The notes beneath the pieces were generated by a model. The model was not told the origin of the DNA. It worked only from the letters and a program-made list of their open reading frames with translations, and ran no database searches. 64,000 nucleotides of DNA from a bacterium (GTDB taxonomy: Bacteria; Electryoneota; Electryoneia; Electryoneales; Electryoneaceae): contig CAXXKJ010000002.1 of the NCBI GenBank assembly GCA_963675295.2, positions 480,001-544,000 of the forward strand. The letters run 5' to 3'. How positions within the stretch are numbered: position 1 is the stretch's first letter; each line of letters starts with the position of its first letter. Shown piece by piece: positions 58,944 to 64,000 of this stretch. The position numbers and the translations under genes were made by a program.

Positions 58944-60179
58944 CTACCCTTCCCGTTCGGCGCGACCGTTGGCGACGGCGACGGCGTCATCGTCCTGGCC
59001 GAGGAAGCCGAGTTCAGTGCCAACCTTAATCAGCTTCTCGACAGCGAAATCGAGGTGCGATTCTTCGAGCGTGGACATCAGCGAGAGGCGGATCAGGGCG
59101 TCCTCGGGCGCGACAGCTGGAGCGACGACCGGGTTGACGAACACGCCTTCTTCCTGCAGCATCATGCAGGCTTTGAACACTGTCATCGGGTCGCGGACAT
59201 AGACCGGGATGATCGGGGTGCCGTGTTCCTGGATCGAGAAGCCGGCCTGTTGCAGGGCGTTGACGAGGTATTTCGTCAGTTCGTGCAGCCGGGTGATGCG
59301 TTCCGGTTCACGCCGGATGATTTCGATCGCCTTGATCACCGCGGCCATGTTCGCCGGCGGCGGGGAGGCGGAAAAGATCAGCGGGCGGGACTTGTGTTTC
59401 AGGTAGTGAACAACATCTTCCGGCCCGGAGAAGAAGCCGCCGATGCTGGCGAAGGATTTGGAGAAAGTACCAACGGTGCCGATGATGGCGTCGTCGAGGC
59501 CGAAGTGGGACGCGGTCCCGCGTCCGTTGTCCCCGAGCACGCCGATGGAGTGGGCGTCGTCCACGAGCACGTCCGCGTCGTATTTCTGTCCCAGTTCGAC
59601 GAGGTCGGGCAACGGCGCGATGTCGCCTTCCATGGAGAAGATGCCGTCCACGACAATCAGCTTGAACGGTGCGTCGTTCAGCTTGAGTTTTTTCTCGAGG
59701 TCGGTCATGTCGCCGTGCATGAACTTGACGACTTTGCCGAACCCGAGCCGGGCAGCGTCAATGATGCTGGCGTGGTTGGCGCGGTCGATGAACAGCGCGC
59801 CTTCGCGGGGCACGAGGTACGGAATCGAGCCCTGGTTGGTCATGAAGCCGGTGGAGAAGACGATCGCGGCTTCGGTGCCCATGAAATCGGCGAGGGTTGC
59901 TTCGCACTCTTCGTGGATCGCGAGGGTGCCGTTGAGGAACCGTGAGCCTGCGCAGCCGGTGCCGTACCGTTCGATGGCGTCCTTCGCGGCCTGTTTGACT
60001 TCCGGGTGGTTGGTCAGGCCGAGGTAATTGTTGGAGCCCATCATCACGACCTCGCGGCCGTTCATGATGACGGTGACGCCTTGTTCGCTGTCGATGGGTC
60101 GGAAATACGGGTAGACGCCGGCTTCCATAACGCGTTTGGCGTCTTGAAACTCACGGGCCTTCTCTCGAATTCGGTTCAT
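58944..60179 (-). CDS. spt: Serine palmitoyltransferase-like alpha-oxoamine synthase
   Basis: GVYPYFR, GSNNYLGL, GTGCAGSRFLNGT, DDAH, GTFSKS (PLP lysine), IFSAS: closer to Bacteroides-type SPT than to BioF/Kbl as I recall the motifs. Confidence 0.8.
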   Translation of the reverse strand: MNRIREKAREFQDAKRVMEAGVYPYFRPIDSEQGVTVIMNGREVVMMGSNNYLGLTNHPEVKQAAKDAIERYGTGCAGSRFLNGTLAIHEECEATLADFMGTEAAIVFSTGFMTNQGSIPYLVPREGALFIDRANHASIIDAARLGFGKVVKFMHGDMTDLEKKLKLNDAPFKLIVVDGIFSMEGDIAPLPDLVELGQKYDADVLVDDAHSIGVLGDNGRGTASHFGLDDAIIGTVGTFSKSFASIGGFFSGPEDVVHYLKHKSRPLIFSASPPPANMAAVIKAIEIIRREPERITRLHELTKYLVNALQQAGFSIQEHGTPIIPVYVRDPMTVFKACMMLQEEGVFVNPVVAPAVAPEDALIRLSLMSTLEESHLDFAVEKLIKVGTELGFLGQDDDAVAVANGRAEREG

Positions 60180-60351
60180 CGGCGCTTCGCAGTAAGTCTC
60201 CGGAACGCCGGACAGTTTGTCCGGACGAAGTTGCCTTCAGTATGGTGCAGTTTTGAGGGTATTCGCAACTCTGACCGGTGGGGAACCAGCACCTCACAGG
60301 GAAACCGGTAAAGGAGAACGGAACGGGATCGAAGTCAGGTGGATGACCGGC

Positions 60352-60503
60352 GGATTATCCCGACCAGCAAGCTGGTCGGGGCAGACAACGCCCGGCAACG
60401 GGGTTGCCGGGTTACGTGTTCGTTACCTGTGATCAACCCAGACATGAATGTCTGGGGCAGGTGAGCGTCGGACGATTATCCACGACATGAATGTCGTGGG
60501 CAT
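60352..60503. repeat. Three palindromic elements
   Basis: GGATTATCCCGACCAGCAAGCTGGTCGGGGCA (60352-60383); GATCAACCCAGACATGAATGTCTGGGGCA (60431-60459); GATTATCCACGACATGAATGTCGTGGGCAT (60474-60503). Confidence 0.85.
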
Positions 60504-60569
60504 GTTTTGATTCTAACTGTGGATAGCGGACTGCGGTCGGTGGTCGGCGGGTGCCGGAATGAGATAAAC

Positions 60570-60608
60570 AAACCGGGGACACTTGACGGAGCAAGTGTCC
60601 CCGGTTTT
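60570..60608. terminator. Bidirectional terminator-like hairpin after proS
   Basis: AAACCGGGGACACTTG-ACGGAG-CAAGTGTCCCCGGTTTT; adjacent (CTCACAC)n heptamers at about 60615-60640. Confidence 0.75.
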
Positions 60609-60640
60609 CTGTGCTCACACCTCACACCTCACACATCACA

Positions 60641-62365
60641 TCACGCCTTGACGAGATCCCACTCTTCGGCGATCCACTCGTCCAGCTTGGCGAGGGCGTC
60701 GTCCATTGGGAGGACGTCCTTGTCGCCGGTGCGGCGGCGTTTGATCTCGAGTTTGCCTTCGGCGAGGTTACGTTCGCTGACCACGACCTGGAACGGGTAC
60801 CCGAGCAGGTCGGCGTCCTTGAACTTGAAGCCGGGACGGACATCGCGATCATCCAGCGCAACATCGAGGCCCTTCTCCTGCAGCTGCTGGTAAAGCTTTT
60901 CGCCTTCGGCGGCGACGGTCTCGTCCTTGGCCTTGAGCAGGATGACGGCGACGTGGTACGGCGCGAGGGTCATCGGCCAGACGCAGCCGTTGTCGTCCGA
61001 ATGGGCTTCGAGCGCGGCGGCGATCAGGCGTCCGACACCGATGCCGTAGGAGCCCATGATGATCGGGACGTCCTTGCCGTTTTCGTCGAGCACGGTCGCG
61101 CCCATCGGCTTGGAGTACTTGGTGCCGAGCTTGAAAATGTGGCCGAGCTCGATCGCGCGCACGACCTTCAGTGGGCGTCCGCCGATCGGGTCGGGCTCGC
61201 CTTCCCGCACGACACGCAGGTCGCGGTAGTCGTCAGGCTTGAACGTCTCGCCGACCTGGACGCCGACGACGTGGAACTCGTTCTCGTTGGCGCCGGTCGC
61301 ACGGTTGCGTCCGTCCTTGAGCCGGTGGTCGGCGTAGATCGGCAATTTTCCTTCCATGCCGACCGGCCCGAGGTAGCCGACTTCCGCGCCGAACAGCTCC
61401 TTGACCTCGTCCGGGTGCGCGGGGCGCATCGACGCGCCGAGGATCGGCAGGACTTTTTCTTCGTTGAGTTCGTCGTCGCCACGGACGAGCAGCATCACCG
61501 GGCCGTCATCGCCGACGTACACCAGCGACTTGATGAAGCGGCTCGGGTCGAGCTTGAGGAACGCCGCGACCTCTTCGACCGTCTTGTAGCCCGGAGTGTG
61601 GACCTTCTCGAACGGGACAGTGTCGCCGGTGTCGGGCTCGTCCACCAGCTTCGAGGTGGCAACTTCGACGTTGGCGGCGTAGCCGGACTCTTCGTTGATC
61701 GCGCAGGTGTCTTCGCCGGCGTCACTTTCGACCATGAACTCTTCCGAACCGGAGCCGCCCATCACGCCGGACGATGCGCCGACGATGAAGAATTTCAGGC
61801 CAGCCCGTTTGAAGATGCGCTGGTAGGCGTCCCGGTGCAGCTGGTAGGACTTGTCTAGGCCTTCCTCGCTGACGTCGAAGCTGTACGCGTCCTTCATGAT
61901 GAAATGGCGCGTGCGCAGCTCGCCGGAACGTGGGCGCGGTTCGTCACGGAACTTGATCTGAATCTGGTACCAGATCTGCGGCAGTTCCTTGTAGGAGCGG
62001 AGTTCGTTGCGAGCGATGGCGCAGAAGACCTCTTCATGCGTCGGCGCGAGGGCCATGGTGCGGTCCTTGCGATCCTGCAGCCGAAACATTTCGTTACCGA
62101 AATCCTTGTTACGGCCGGTCTCATCCCACAGTTCAATGGGTGTCATCGTCGGCAGGGAGAATTCCTGCGCGCCAAAGCTGTCCATCTCCTCACGGATCAG
62201 GTTCATCGACTTGCGCGCGGCACGTTGCCCGAACGGCAGGTAGCTGTAGACGCCAGCCATCAGGGGACGCACCATGCCGGTGCGGAGCATCAGTTTGTGG
62301 CTGGTGACCACGGCATCCGCGGGCACCTCTTTCAATGTGGGCAGAAACGCCTTGGACAGTCTCAT
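60641..62365 (-). CDS. proS: Proline--tRNA ligase, bacterial type with editing insertion
   Basis: PTLKEVPADA..SHKLMLR, LAPTHEE, KFRDEPRPR, GGSGSEEF, IELGHIFKLGTKYS, MGSYGIGVGR; 574 aa. Confidence 0.97.
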   Translation of the reverse strand: MRLSKAFLPTLKEVPADAVVTSHKLMLRTGMVRPLMAGVYSYLPFGQRAARKSMNLIREEMDSFGAQEFSLPTMTPIELWDETGRNKDFGNEMFRLQDRKDRTMALAPTHEEVFCAIARNELRSYKELPQIWYQIQIKFRDEPRPRSGELRTRHFIMKDAYSFDVSEEGLDKSYQLHRDAYQRIFKRAGLKFFIVGASSGVMGGSGSEEFMVESDAGEDTCAINEESGYAANVEVATSKLVDEPDTGDTVPFEKVHTPGYKTVEEVAAFLKLDPSRFIKSLVYVGDDGPVMLLVRGDDELNEEKVLPILGASMRPAHPDEVKELFGAEVGYLGPVGMEGKLPIYADHRLKDGRNRATGANENEFHVVGVQVGETFKPDDYRDLRVVREGEPDPIGGRPLKVVRAIELGHIFKLGTKYSKPMGATVLDENGKDVPIIMGSYGIGVGRLIAAALEAHSDDNGCVWPMTLAPYHVAVILLKAKDETVAAEGEKLYQQLQEKGLDVALDDRDVRPGFKFKDADLLGYPFQVVVSERNLAEGKLEIKRRRTGDKDVLPMDDALAKLDEWIAEEWDLVKA

Positions 62366-62639
62366 CGGTCTTCAAATGTTGGGTTGCGGTGCAGTGGGGG
62401 CACAGAAAAAGTTTCCCCCTCAACGAACCGGAAGTATACAGCTCGGGTGGGGTGGGAGCAATGAGGAGGGGTGAGGTGAATTCTCTCGTTGAACGGGGTT
62501 GGGTTCGCTCTCCGGGGCGGCTTTCTTCAGAAATTAGTCTGAACAGATTGCCACGCAAACATTTGCATCTTATGTTAAAAATGGATATTGATGTTCTTCG
62601 CTGAAAACAGGTCTATGTACTATCATGGGGGAAAGAACG

Positions 62640-64000
62640 ATGAACAGGATAGTCGCCGTTATCGGTGTTTTTTTTTATTTTTAGTGTTAATGTGCATGCA
62701 CAGTGGGAACGAACAGCTGTAGATACTGTATGGCGGCCAATTGAGGTGCTGGCTGAAGATTTTCAGGGTACCAAGATTCCCGATGTGATTCTTGCCTCGA
62801 GAGGGAATGGATATATCCGCTCAGCTTATGACTTCGACGGTGACGATTGGTCGTATCAATATGTTGATGATGATGTTCCCTCTGCGCATGGTCTGACAGC
62901 AGCAGACGTGGACACAAACGGTACACTTGACGTCGTTGGTACCAGCGCGGCAACTGATTCCGGATTCGTCGCCTGGTGGAAATGGAATTCGTCAGGAGGT
63001 GCGGGGTGGCAGATGGGCGATACAATCGCGGAGGATCTTGACCAACCTCTGAACACGGCGGTGGCTGACATGGACGGCGATGGGGACATGGATGTTGTCG
63101 CCACTCATTACGGCCCTTTCAACGCGGATGAAGGCGCTCTTGTTCTTTACACGAACCTGAACGGTGTTGGAACAAGTTGGGATGCGGACACCCTTGCGAT
63201 CATACCTCACGCATACGCTGTGGCCGCAGATACGCTGAATCTCGACAGCTACATGGACATCGTTGTTACTTCAGCAGATGTCCAGGAATTAAATAATGAA
63301 GGCGTTTTCATCCTCTACGGCGACGCCAACGGCGACTTCAGTAACACGGAAACACTCTACTATCGCAACCAACTAGCGGATTTCCTCAGCCCGAGATCAG
63401 TAAGAGTCGCCCGATTCAATCAAGACAACCTTAAAGACATCATCGTTGCGTTCACGGGTGATCAGGATGAAACAGATCATCATGGCATTATAATCTGGTA
63501 TGCAAGCCAGGTTGGCAATGACGTTGTCTGGGATTCCACTCAGGTGGATATCTTCCCGGATTTCACGACCTGCCGTGACATCTATGTTGTCGATATGGAC
63601 GATGATGGAGATATGGATTTTGTCGCGTCAAGCCTGTTCGCAGACAGGATTGATTGCTTCCTCAACGATTATCCAGATTGGGATGAGTTTAAACTCGGGT
63701 ATAGCACAACTGTAAAGGGGATAGGGGTTGCGGACTACACGGATGATGGCTATCTGGATGTAGTCTCGGCGTCTTACAATGGCGCCCCTTATCCGAACGG
63801 GCGAACGATTTGGCTGCATACAAATCCGGGAGACGTGGATAATCCGGTTGATTGTACGATGAGTATGTCGTCGGATTCAGAGGGAGAACCAGGAGGTACA
63901 CTTTCCTACAGTTATTCATTCACCTTAGCTGACTCGTCCGAGTACGAGTTGCTCGCCTGGTACAAGATCGTCACACCGGGGTTTCACATCTTCGCACAGC
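62640..64000 (+). CDS. FG-GAP repeat protein, frameshifted in a T9 tract, runs off window end
   Basis: ATG 62640 frame stops at TAG 62682-62684; the +1 frame is open to 64000 with VHA-QW cleavage site and DVDTNGTLD, DMDGDGDMD, DMDDDGDMD, DYTDDGYLD repeats. Not in ORF track. Confidence 0.8.

Noticed and set aside
5385-60503. Integron attC sites
   Set aside because: The hairpins lack RYYYAAC/GTTRRRY ends, do not delimit co-oriented single-gene cassettes, and no integrase is present
1-64000. tRNA, rRNA or riboswitch genes
   Set aside because: No cloverleaf with T-loop and acceptor stem, rRNA-like tract or known riboswitch consensus was recognised by eye; an Infernal or tRNAscan run would be decisive

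Overview
GC-rich (about 60%) bacterial chromosomal window. Its gene content points to an FCB-superphylum lineage (inference): many T9SS-type C-terminal sorting domains, a short Bacteroidota/Chlorobiota-type sigma-70 and a Bacteroides-type serine palmitoyltransferase. Housekeeping and metabolic genes include nifJ/PFOR, proS, tsaB, ctaB/cyoE, an acyl-CoA dehydrogenase, a GlcF-like Fe-S protein, DegP/HtrA, two EamA and one TauE transporter, and a multi-PAS hybrid kinase. These are interspersed with about 14 secreted beta-propeller proteins (FG-GAP, LVIVD, BNR). No rRNA, tRNA, CRISPR array, transposase or integrase was recognised. Main observations: (1) about 15 dispersed hairpin elements with conserved flanks (GATNAYCC...GGGCA) but different internal palindromes, all in one orientation, one sitting in frame inside the GlcF-like gene; (2) a 23-bp-period array ending in an inverted copy directly upstream of an HNH nuclease gene; (3) dispersed candidates for all three bacterial ceramide-synthesis steps, the reductase candidate being fused to a HIT-like domain; (4) a recurring ~110-aa beta-rich domain in 8 secreted proteins, either just before or instead of the T9SS signal, with signs of recent C-terminal module copying; (5) a poly-T frameshift in the signal peptide of the last FG-GAP gene. 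All calls come from manual reading; no database searches were run.
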